The translations under genes and the position numbers were made by a program. From Clostridia bacterium (GTDB taxonomy: Bacteria > Bacillota > Clostridia > Oscillospirales > CAG-272): DNA of 64,000 bases. Every line of letters begins with the position of its first letter. Position 1 is the first letter of the stretch. The stretch is from positions 18,593 through 82,592 of the forward strand of contig JAGALA010000034.1 of NCBI GenBank assembly GCA_017625935.1. The letters run 5' to 3'. Shown one piece after another: positions 38,224 through 46,321 of this stretch. The notes beneath the pieces were generated by a model. The model had not been told where the DNA came from. It did not search any database and saw only the letters and a list, made by a program, of their open reading frames with translations.

Positions 38224-38601
38224 ATGAGAGAAACAAAGCAAAAAACGGCTATACTCGAATTTCTTCGTTCCAAGCGTCAGCATCACAGCGCAATTCAAAT
38301 ATATGATGCGGTCAGGGAAAAAATTCCCAATATTAGCCTCGGCACGGTATATAGGAATCTTGGCGCGCTTATTGAAAGCGGAGAAATTATATCTGTCGAA
38401 ACGAACGATAAATGCGTTTTTTACGATGGATTTATAGCTGACCACGCGCATTTTGTCTGTCAAGGGTGTAAGGGCATTTTCGATTTTGATATGCCGACGG
38501 GAATGACGGAGGAAATGAAAAAATCGGGCTTTAAGGTAAGCTCCGAGCATCTTGTTTGCTACGGCTTATGTAGCGAATGTGCAAAAAATACTGCACAATA
38601 A
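38224..38601 (+). CDS. perR: Fur-family peroxide-responsive repressor (PerR-like)
   Basis: The winged-helix motif is GTVYRNL. The CxxC...CxxC zinc site is present (CQGC, CSEC). The gene is adjacent to rubrerythrin. The start is at 38224 or 38212. Confidence 0.75.
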   Translation: MRETKQKTAILEFLRSKRQHHSAIQIYDAVREKIPNISLGTVYRNLGALIESGEIISVETNDKCVFYDGFIADHAHFVCQGCKGIFDFDMPTGMTEEMKKSGFKVSSEHLVCYGLCSECAKNTAQ

Positions 38602-38640
38602 AAAAGCTAAAAATTTTATTTATATAGAGGAGTTAAAATT

Positions 38641-39189
38641 ATGAAAAAGTTTGTATGTTCTGTTTGCGGTTACGTTCACGAGGGAGATAGCGCACCTGAA
38701 AGATGCCCACAATGCAAGGTTCCCGCGGAAAAATTCAACGAGGTTGTTGAGGAAAACCGTTTTTGGGCTGCTGAGCACGTTGTAGGTGTTGCTCAAGGCG
38801 CACGTGAGGACATTATTATGGACCTTCGCGCTAACTATATGGGCGAATGCACAGAGGTTGGTATGTATCTTGCAATGGCAAGAGTTGCACACCGCGAGGG
38901 CTATCCCGAGATCGGTCTTTATTGGGAAAAGGCAGCTTGGGAGGAGGCTGAGCATGCTGCAAAGTTTGCAGAGCTTCTCGGCGAGGTTGTAACTGACTCA
39001 ACAAAGAAGAACCTTGAAATGCGTGTTGAAGCGGAAAACGGCGCAACAGCCGGCAAGTTCGACCTTGCAAAGCGCGCAAAGGAGCTTAACCTCGACGCCA
39101 TCCACGACACCGTTCACGAAATGGCTCGCGACGAGGCAAGACACGGAAAGGCATTTGAGGGACTTCTTAATAGATATTTCAAAAAGTAA
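38641..39189 (+). CDS. rbr: Reverse rubrerythrin (N-terminal rubredoxin domain plus ferritin-like diiron domain)
   Basis: The N-terminus has CSVCGY...CPQC. Diiron ExxH motifs follow ([16 protein letters not shown]). Confidence 0.88.
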   Translation: MKKFVCSVCGYVHEGDSAPERCPQCKVPAEKFNEVVEENRFWAAEHVVGVAQGAREDIIMDLRANYMGECTEVGMYLAMARVAHREGYPEIGLYWEKAAWEEAEHAAKFAELLGEVVTDSTKKNLEMRVEAENGATAGKFDLAKRAKELNLDAIHDTVHEMARDEARHGKAFEGLLNRYFKK

Positions 39190-39305
39190 GATAAAGCCTT
39201 CTGTTTTTGTCCATAGGGACACTTTCTGACAGGTGGGTATTCGGCTAATAGCAAAGGCGGACGGCGAAAGCTGTTCGCCTTTGCTATACTGTTCTGTGCG
39301 TTGTT

Positions 39306-40973
39306 TTATGCTGATTCTGAGATTGTTTCCGTGCATTGAGGCGGTTTTTCTTCGCTTTCCGCTTCCTGATCCCATTCTCCGATATCACGGTAGACGATTC
39401 GGATTTTTTGAGTGGAATGCCTTGAGTATTTTTCGGTACGCTCGCCTATCTCAATTCTTGCAATAAACAATCTTACGATTTCGGGTGTCAGCACATCAAT
39501 GCTCTTGTACTTTTTGGCTTTTTCAATGAAGGCATTGACATTGTCGGCAGAGGACTTCAGCTTACCGAGCCTTTCTTCCTTCTGCGGTATTGCTTCATCC
39601 AATCCATTCTGCTCGGCATTATAATCGCCGGAGAGTAGTCGGAACTGCTCGTTGGTGATTCGTCCAAGCACGTTATCCTCGTACAGCCGTTTGAATAATG
39701 CGGTCAGCTCATCACGGCGTTTACGCATGGAGTCAAGCTCTCGCTGAAGTGAGGTTATCTCCCTGCGAAGTTCTACGCTGTTTTTGCGATTGATATACTC
39801 CGCAAACTGCCGTTCCTTCATTCTCGCTATATGCGTTACTCTACGCAAGTCATCCAGTATGATTTCATACAGTTCATCCTCACGGATATGGTGAGGCGAG
39901 CATTCCGCTTTGCCACGCTTTCCGTAGGTATAGCATTTGAAATTATAACTAGATTTTTTCATTGTGCTTGCTCTGTGCAAAACCATTGATCTTCCGCAAT
40001 CGGCACAGAAGGTGATTCCCGAAAATATATTCGGTTCTTCCATCTGTTTCGGCGCTCTCTTTTTCTGCTTGCGCAGATCCTGAACGATATCCCATTGCTC
40101 TCTTGTTATCAACGCAGGATGCGTATTTTCCACGATAATAACTTCATTGTCGGGGCGAGTGATCGCCTTTTTGTTTTTGTAGGATATCGTAGTGTGGCGC
40201 AATCCAACCGTATGACCAAGGTATACCATATTTTCAAGGATAGCGGTAACGGTACTGCCTGTCCAATGATACGGGTGAGTCGTGTCCAATTGATTGTGCG
40301 ACTTTCCGAATGCGTGATAATAATAGTTTGTGGGATTGTAGATTTTTTCGTTACTCAAAATACGGGCAATCTGATTGGGGCCTTTGCCTGCCGCACACAT
40401 TGCAAATATCCTTTTTACGATGATGGCTGTTTCCTCATCGGGAATAATCGCTTTACTGTCCTTATCGACCTTTTTGTATCCATAAGGCGGTTTACCACCG
40501 AGCCGTTCACCACGCTCTGCCTGAAGCTTTTTAACGGCACGAACCTTCTTGCTCGAATCCTTTGCGTGAAGCTCGTTCGCCCAATTTCGTATAGGGCTGA
40601 AATCGTTACTGCTTTCAATCAGCGAGTCAACGCCGTCGTTGATGGCAATGAAGCGAACGCCCATTCTTGGAAAATACAGTTCGGTATAATATCCGACCTG
40701 CAGGTATTCTCGTCCGAGTCGGGAGAGGTCTTTGACGATTAAGGTTTCGACCTCGCCTCGTTCAATCATTTCCTCAATTTGCTTCCACGAAGGACGGTCA
40801 AAGTTCGTTCCCGAATAACCGTCATCCGCAAGGAATATCGTGTTTTCAAAGCCGTTGTCCTTCGCATATTTTTCGAGCAATAATCTTTGATTGATGATAC
40901 TGTTGGAGTCACCCATACGAGCATCCTCTTGACTCAATCTTCCATAGAGTATATTAAATTTTTGGCTTGTCAT
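39306..40973 (-). CDS. Large serine recombinase (TnpX-like, with zinc-ribbon, coiled-coil and DUF4368-like C-terminus)
   Basis: The resolvase catalytic N-terminus is YGRLSQEDARMGDSNSIINQ...KDLSRLGR. The recombinase domain and the Cys cluster CADCGRSM...C are present. The protein is 555 aa. Confidence 0.9.
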   Translation of the reverse strand: MTSQKFNILYGRLSQEDARMGDSNSIINQRLLLEKYAKDNGFENTIFLADDGYSGTNFDRPSWKQIEEMIERGEVETLIVKDLSRLGREYLQVGYYTELYFPRMGVRFIAINDGVDSLIESSNDFSPIRNWANELHAKDSSKKVRAVKKLQAERGERLGGKPPYGYKKVDKDSKAIIPDEETAIIVKRIFAMCAAGKGPNQIARILSNEKIYNPTNYYYHAFGKSHNQLDTTHPYHWTGSTVTAILENMVYLGHTVGLRHTTISYKNKKAITRPDNEVIIVENTHPALITREQWDIVQDLRKQKKRAPKQMEEPNIFSGITFCADCGRSMVLHRASTMKKSSYNFKCYTYGKRGKAECSPHHIREDELYEIILDDLRRVTHIARMKERQFAEYINRKNSVELRREITSLQRELDSMRKRRDELTALFKRLYEDNVLGRITNEQFRLLSGDYNAEQNGLDEAIPQKEERLGKLKSSADNVNAFIEKAKKYKSIDVLTPEIVRLFIARIEIGERTEKYSRHSTQKIRIVYRDIGEWDQEAESEEKPPQCTETISESA

Positions 40974-41079
40974 TTATAAGCATCCTCCTTGTTCTGCAGG
41001 GCAAGCCGATACGGTACACCAAGCATATCACATCGGCTTGCCGAAGTCCAGCGGAAAGAAGTAAAAAATCGGATAACTT

Positions 41080-41349
41080 TTACTTCTTTTTCATATCCGC
41101 ATCTATTAATTCAAGCATTTTATCCGTAGCGGTTGCGGTGCTTTCAACGGGAAACACGGATGATATAATAAACCGCTTTCCCTTGATAATCATACTTCGC
41201 TCACGGGTATAATTAACATCGTCAACCGTATAATCGGAGTCTTGGTAGACGGCTCTTGCCGTGCCATCCTCCGATTTTTTAATTGTGGCTTTTTCGGGAT
41301 AGTAAGCTCCCAATCTTCCTGTTGTAAGGTATTCTTTCGCTTCGTTCAT
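41080..41349 (-). CDS. Small hypothetical protein of the integrative element
   Basis: The protein is 89 aa from the ATG at 41349, which has a strong AAGGAG RBS. It lies directly upstream of the recombinase gene. Confidence 0.5.
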   Translation of the reverse strand: MNEAKEYLTTGRLGAYYPEKATIKKSEDGTARAVYQDSDYTVDDVNYTRERSMIIKGKRFIISSVFPVESTATATDKMLELIDADMKKK

Positions 41350-41470
41350 AGAGTTCTCCTTTACATTCCACTCATTACGGGGCCTGATTGTTGTTCTTTC
41401 TTCTTTCTGCTCGGTGCATAGTGTATCGTGGTGCAATCTTCAACGTAGGCATCCTCGTCGATGATATTGG

Positions 41471-41764
41471 TTAGATCAGCGATAAAATAAGCCGTATCAC
41501 TTCCCAGACTATAAGCACCGCCGTCGGTATCAAAGCGATGCGGTTGAGCCGCTTCGTATATGCTTCCATCGCTTCCTTCTCCGAAGACATATTCCTCGAA
41601 AAGCTTTCGCTCGCTTTCCCAACCTGTTCCGTTACGCTCTGTGCTGCCGTGGTCATCTTGCTCTCGGTGTCCGTTGCCAAGCTCGTCAGCAGTTCCTGAA
41701 ATTCTGCCGTTTCGTCCCGACATGCATCCGAGTATCTCGTCAGCGTATCGATCTGTTGATCCAT
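41471..41764 (-). CDS. Hypothetical coiled-coil protein with a C-terminal TM anchor, probably 5'-truncated or degraded
   Basis: The frame has a helical Ala/Ser/Glu-rich sequence and the hydrophobic tail IALIPTAVLIVWEVIRLILSLI. A second long ORF (41361-41864) overlaps it in another frame. Coding status is unresolved. Confidence 0.3.
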   Translation of the reverse strand: MDQQIDTLTRYSDACRDETAEFQELLTSLATDTESKMTTAAQSVTEQVGKASESFSRNMSSEKEAMEAYTKRLNRIALIPTAVLIVWEVIRLILSLI

Positions 41765-41806
41765 AAGACTTGTGAGTTCGTTCTTCGTCGCAAGGCTCGG
41801 AAGCGT

Positions 41807-43810
41807 ATGAAAAAGAGAAAAGAAAGCTTTTGGGGACTGCATTTTGATTTTCACGCAAAGCCAACGGATGTGTCTATCGGAAAAGCTCTTAAGGAAGAGG
41901 AAATAAGAGAAATATGCAGGGAGCTAAAGCCTGATTTTATTCAGATTGATTGCAAGGGCCACCCCGGATATACGTCTTATCCGACAAGTCTTGGAAACGC
42001 TGTTCCCGATATGGAAAAGGATACACTTGCGCTTTGGCGCAGAGTAACAAAAGAGGAAGGTGTTTCTCTTTATATGCATTACTCGGGCGTGTATGACGTT
42101 AAATATTGTGATGAGCATCCAAATGAACGCGCGCTTATGGCAGGCGGAAGGTATCACAATGGCTCAACGAGGTTGATTGGCTCTTACAGTGATGAGCTTT
42201 TAATCCCTCAGCTTTTAGAGCTTGCCGAAAAATACGAGGTTAACGGTGTTTGGATTGACGGGGATTGCTGGATGGCTCTTTCTGATTTCTCAGGTGAAAC
42301 AATTTCCGCCTTTGAAAAGGAAACAGGAATAGATTTAGAGGGAAATTTGCCTGAAAATCCAAGCGATAAATATTATTATGAATACAAGGAATTTAACAGA
42401 GAGCTTTTCAGAAGATATTTGCGCCACTATGTAGACGCAGTCCATGAAAAGCATCCTGATTTTGAAATATGCTCCAACTGGGCATTTAGCGACCATATGC
42501 CGGAGGAGGTTTGTGCAAACGTTGACTTTTTATCTGGCGATTTAAATCCCATGAACTCCTTTAGTTCTGCGCGCTATGCCGCAAGAGCGCTTGCACAGCA
42601 AAACGGATACGCTTGGGATTTGATGTCATGGAACTTCAGAAACATAGTGGGCGGCAAGCAGGGATACTGCGCAAAGCATCCAAATCAGTTAAAGCAGGAG
42701 GCAGCGTCTGTAATTTCCGTTGGTGGAGCGTTTCAGGATTATATTCCTCAAAACAGAGACGGCTCTCCCAGAATGTGGGAAATAAGAAACCTAAAGGACG
42801 TTTCGAAATTCGTCCTTGAAAGAAAGGAGTTTTGTCATCGCGGAAAAGTGGTGCCACAGGCTGCACTTTTGCTCTCAACCTACGATAGAGCCAGGGAGTC
42901 GGAGCATTTATTCTCGCGCACGGGCTATGAAAAGACAATGGGTATGACTGCTCTTCTTTGCGATGTAGGTCAATCTCTTGAAATTGTCGGTGAACATACC
43001 TTATTTGAAAAAATAAACGAATATAAGATGATAGTTGTGCCTGAGCTATACTGTGGTCTTGAAGAAAAAACAATAGAAGCGCTCCTTGGCTATGCAAAAA
43101 ATGGTGGAAATTTGGTTTTGGTTGGTAAAAACACCTGTTCTGTTTTTTCAAGCGCGGGCGCACCGTACTTATGCAAGGAGTTTTCCGAATTTGTTGCTAA
43201 CGAGTCAAAGGGCACAGAAGATGGACACAATAACGCATCTACAAATAAACTTAAGCCGTATTGGTTTACAATTGATGGTAGATGCTTTGGCAATTTATTC
43301 TCTCCCTGTGAAATATATGCAGAGAACGGAAAATATAACGCGTATTTTTGCGAAAATCCGACAGAAAAACCACACCCCATTTCTGCAACGGTGATATTTG
43401 GAAAGGGAACCGTTACAGCAATAGGCTTTGACATTGGCTCGGAGTATTTGAACGGAACGCAGTTTTTGCAAAGAGATCTTATGCGTGAAATAGCAAATAG
43501 TCTATACGTGCCCATTGTAAGAGTAGAAAAAGCGAATGGAAGACTTGAGGTTGTATCGTTAGAAAAGGATGGAAATCTTATGATTCAGCTTGTGAATGCG
43601 GGTGGCACCCACACCGATGCGAGTGTGGCAAGTGATGATTATATTCCGCCAATCCTTGATATAACTCTTTCACTTTCCTTGGAAAACGAGCCTGAAGCTC
43701 TTATTTTACAGCCACAGGGTCGAGAATTGATGTTTACAAAGGAATCAGACGGAAGCTTTAGAGTAGATATTGACAGGGTAGATATTCATAGTGTTGTTGA
43801 GGTATGCTAA
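41807..43810 (+). CDS. Putative glycoside hydrolase (TIM-barrel, GHL6 / alpha-L-fucosidase-like N-terminal domain)
   Basis: The N-terminal pattern is GLHFDFHA...IQIDCKGHPGYTSYPT...LYMHYSG. The protein is about 668 aa from MKKRKESFWG. Family assignment is tentative. Confidence 0.5.
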   Translation: MKKRKESFWGLHFDFHAKPTDVSIGKALKEEEIREICRELKPDFIQIDCKGHPGYTSYPTSLGNAVPDMEKDTLALWRRVTKEEGVSLYMHYSGVYDVKYCDEHPNERALMAGGRYHNGSTRLIGSYSDELLIPQLLELAEKYEVNGVWIDGDCWMALSDFSGETISAFEKETGIDLEGNLPENPSDKYYYEYKEFNRELFRRYLRHYVDAVHEKHPDFEICSNWAFSDHMPEEVCANVDFLSGDLNPMNSFSSARYAARALAQQNGYAWDLMSWNFRNIVGGKQGYCAKHPNQLKQEAASVISVGGAFQDYIPQNRDGSPRMWEIRNLKDVSKFVLERKEFCHRGKVVPQAALLLSTYDRARESEHLFSRTGYEKTMGMTALLCDVGQSLEIVGEHTLFEKINEYKMIVVPELYCGLEEKTIEALLGYAKNGGNLVLVGKNTCSVFSSAGAPYLCKEFSEFVANESKGTEDGHNNASTNKLKPYWFTIDGRCFGNLFSPCEIYAENGKYNAYFCENPTEKPHPISATVIFGKGTVTAIGFDIGSEYLNGTQFLQRDLMREIANSLYVPIVRVEKANGRLEVVSLEKDGNLMIQLVNAGGTHTDASVASDDYIPPILDITLSLSLENEPEALILQPQGRELMFTKESDGSFRVDIDRVDIHSVVEVC

Positions 43811-43875
43811 TGCTGTCAAAATAGTGATTCATCACGGGAACTCCAAGGTTGAATTGACGTAAATCTTGGCAACTA

Positions 43876-43927
43876 GGCAAGACACGGCAAGGCATTTGAA
43901 GGTTTACTTAATCGTTACTTTAAATAA
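43876..43927 (+). pseudogene. Orphan rubrerythrin 3' fragment A (encodes [16 protein letters not shown])
   Basis: ggcaagacacggcaaggcatttgaaggtttacttaatcgttactttaaataa aligns to rbr 39136-39189 but is diverged. It is followed by its own terminator. Confidence 0.8.
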
Positions 43928-43939
43928 TAAATACATAAA

Positions 43940-43965
43940 GGGAGTGCATAAGTGCTCCCTTTTTC
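43940..43965 (+). terminator. Rho-independent terminator after fragment A
   Basis: The stem gggagtgc-ataa-gtgctccc is followed by TTTTT. Confidence 0.7.
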
Positions 43966-44065
43966 CGTGTCAACTCCTTCCACCGCTTACATAGTGAGTG
44001 CGTAGTTAAAGTATATACGCTGCGGTCCCTCTCTGCACAAGGCACGCCGCAAGGGTGCCTCAAAG

Positions 44066-44122
44066 ATGGAGGCTATTGGAAAGGCATTCGAGGGACTTCT
44101 CAACAGATACTTCAAGAAATAA
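44066..44122 (+). pseudogene. Orphan rubrerythrin 3' fragment B (encodes ...[17 protein letters not shown])
   Basis: ggaaaggcattcgagggacttctcaacagatacttcaagaaataa aligns to the end of rbr. It is followed by a REP and a terminator. Confidence 0.8.
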
Positions 44123-44125
44123 AAT

Positions 44126-44151
44126 GTAGGGACAGGCGTCCCCGACTGTCC
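44126..44151 (+). repeat. GTAGGG-plus-hairpin REP-like element
   Basis: The sequence is gtagggacaggcgtccccgactgtcc (gggac / gtccc stem). Confidence 0.65.
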
Positions 44152-44184
44152 GTTAATACAAGGGTTTTTAGAACTAATACATAG

Positions 44185-44215
44185 AGGGAATGAGTTTAAC
44201 TTGTTCCCTTTTTTG
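44185..44215 (+). terminator. Rho-independent terminator
   Basis: The stem agggaa...ttccct is followed by TTTTTT. Confidence 0.7.
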
Positions 44216-44401
44216 TTGCACTTTTTCCACAAAAACATGGAAAATTTATGGAATTTTGAAGGTATTGTTTTTGGAAAAAGGTCAAATTATGGAATTTGTA
44301 ATTATGGAATTTTCAGATCGTGATTTTAGGATATGCAAAACTTTACAAACGATTTTAGTAATGCTATAATATTATAAACAAGCCAAATGCGAGGAGAGTA
44401 T

Positions 44402-45133
44402 ATGTTTATTGCAATAGATAAAGATAACAATCGAGTAGAAATTGAAAACGCAGATAAAACAAAAGAATATTTTTGCCCTGTTTGTGGAGAAAAATTAAGC
44501 ATTAGGGCGAAAGAGTCAATTTCTGTCAAAACGCATTTTGCTCACAAAAGAAATAGCCAATGTGTCGATGATTGGAATCACGATATGAGTGAGTGGCATT
44601 TAAATTGGCAAAGAAGGTTCCCGACCGAGTGCCGTGAAGTGGTTATAGAACATAACGGGACAAAGCATAGGGCAGACGTTTGTATAGGAAAAACAATAAT
44701 AGAATTTCAACATAGCCCGTTAAGCAGCGAGGAATTTGGAAAAAGAAATGAGTTTTATACAAATTGTGGCTATAAAGTGGTTTGGGTGTTTGATGCAGAA
44801 GGAAAGATAGCAAGTTGCCATCCGAAAGCCTATGGTATCGATCCAAATGAACTTTCTTTTGTTGAACTTTGCTGGAAAAGAAAAAATGTTCTTTTTTTGA
44901 CTAAACCTTCTTCTAAATTGGAGATTTTTATACAGTATAAAGTCGAAAAACAAGATATAATGCTAAAACTGAAAAACGTTTCTTCTAAAGGTTTTAAGTT
45001 TTATCGCACATATCCTAACTATTTGTTGATTGAAAATTTTTTGAAAGAATATGGTGCGAATGTAGATCCAAGAGTCCGCTCTGTTTCAGTGATTATCGAG
45101 CAAACAAAGGACATTTACAAAAGCATTCCATAA
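44402..45133 (+). CDS. CoiA-like competence family protein (putative nuclease)
   Basis: The motifs YFCPVCGEKL...HFAH, SEWHLNWQ, KHRADV and IEFQHSPLSSEEF match the CoiA family layout. The RBS is gaggagag. Confidence 0.7.
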   Translation: MFIAIDKDNNRVEIENADKTKEYFCPVCGEKLSIRAKESISVKTHFAHKRNSQCVDDWNHDMSEWHLNWQRRFPTECREVVIEHNGTKHRADVCIGKTIIEFQHSPLSSEEFGKRNEFYTNCGYKVVWVFDAEGKIASCHPKAYGIDPNELSFVELCWKRKNVLFLTKPSSKLEIFIQYKVEKQDIMLKLKNVSSKGFKFYRTYPNYLLIENFLKEYGANVDPRVRSVSVIIEQTKDIYKSIP

Positions 45134-45343
45134 GAGAATTTGAGATTTTATTGTCCTATGAATTGAAAAATTAATTGAAAATTTAATCTTTTGCAGTTGC
45201 AGAGCTAACACCATTTTTTGCTTGAACTGTGTTTGCGATTGTGATATAATTTAACTAACAAGCAAAGTGACGATAGAGAGAATATGCACAAGTGCAAAAA
45301 ATTATTTTTACAAGCACGGTGAGTTGAAAATAAAGGAGCAAAA

Positions 45344-46297
45344 ATGCGCAGGCTTTTATCTATAATTTTAATTATTTTGATTGCGGTTTCCTCTGTGGCG
45401 GTGTGTGGCTGCACAGATAGGGGTGACGAAGGCGCCCACCTTGAATTGAATACCGATTTTAAGGAGCCGACAAGTTTAAGCGACGGCGAGGGGAAAGACG
45501 TCAAGGTGATTTTGTTGCTTGGTCAGAGCAATGCAACAGGCTGTGCGCTAAACAGCTATCTTGAGGAAAACGTCGGCAAGGAGGAATACAGCATATATGA
45601 AGACGGCTTTTCGGGTGTTTTAACCAACTTTAGCGTTGACAATCAGCTTAACACATCATGCGGTGAATTTGTAAAAACCGCCGTCGGTTTTGGACACAGG
45701 GTCGAGTATTTCGGACCCGAGCTTGGCATTGCCGAGAAGCTTTCGAGCGCGTACCCCGACGAAACAGTTGTAATTTTGAAATACACGTATTCGGGGAGCT
45801 GTCTTAAAACACAGTGGCTTGATGACGGTGAGCGCGGCGATATTTACAAGGCGTGTATGAATTTTACGGAAACTTATATGAATGCACTCATAGAAAGCAA
45901 TTATGACGCAAAAATCGGTGCAATATGCTGGATGCAGGGCGAGAGCGATGCCGTGAAAAACGTCGCTGATGAATATTATGACAACCAAAAGCGGTTTGTT
46001 TCCTTTCTAAGAGAGGACCTTGATAAATACGCGGACGATGGAAAAATATACTTTATTGATGCGGGAATTCAAGCGGGCAATATTTTCCCAATGTATGAAA
46101 CGGTCAACGAGGCGAAGGCGCGATTTGCAAATGAATCCGAGCTGAATTTATATTTTTCAACGATAGATGAAGGTTTGACAACAAATCTTGAGCCAAAAGA
46201 AGCTCCCGATCTTGCACACTATGATTCTATGAGTGAATTAAAGCTCGGTCATCTTTTTGCTGAGTATATAATAAGCTCGTATGAAAAAAGAAATTGA
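45344..46297 (+). CDS. SASA/DUF303-type carbohydrate esterase lipoprotein (sialate O-acetylesterase-like)
   Basis: The lipobox is AVCGC. The motifs LLLGQSNATG and WMQGESD are present. Confidence 0.7.
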   Translation: MRRLLSIILIILIAVSSVAVCGCTDRGDEGAHLELNTDFKEPTSLSDGEGKDVKVILLLGQSNATGCALNSYLEENVGKEEYSIYEDGFSGVLTNFSVDNQLNTSCGEFVKTAVGFGHRVEYFGPELGIAEKLSSAYPDETVVILKYTYSGSCLKTQWLDDGERGDIYKACMNFTETYMNALIESNYDAKIGAICWMQGESDAVKNVADEYYDNQKRFVSFLREDLDKYADDGKIYFIDAGIQAGNIFPMYETVNEAKARFANESELNLYFSTIDEGLTTNLEPKEAPDLAHYDSMSELKLGHLFAEYIISSYEKRN

Positions 46298-46321
46298 AAT
46301 AAATAAAAGGCGGTGCGTAAT

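Larger units (their letters stand above)
39190..43875. mobile_element. Degenerate integrative element inserted in the 3' end of rbr (serine recombinase module plus possible cargo)
   Basis: It is bounded on the left by the rbr stop and on the right by an orphan rbr 3' fragment at 43876-43927. It contains a large serine recombinase and small element-type ORFs. The inner boundaries are uncertain. Confidence 0.55.

Noticed and set aside
38001-38550. Minus-strand ORFs of 90 aa and 116 aa around the perR promoter and gene.
   Set aside because: One lies in the AT-rich promoter DNA and the other is antisense to perR. Neither has an RBS or recognisable motifs.
39250-39285. The stem-loop agcaaaggcg...cgcctttgct, considered as the attachment-site core of the serine recombinase element.
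   Set aside because: It may simply be a terminator-like hairpin between convergent genes. Without an empty-site comparison the crossover point cannot be assigned.
38998-39466. ORFs crossing the rbr / recombinase junction (125 aa on the minus strand, 77 aa on the plus strand).
   Set aside because: They overlap the rbr 3' end, the stem-loop at 39250-39285 and the recombinase 3' end. They are most simply read-through noise at an element junction.
40095-40742. A 215-aa plus-strand ORF inside the serine recombinase gene.
   Set aside because: It is an antisense shadow ORF. The minus strand encodes a complete recombinase with its catalytic motifs.
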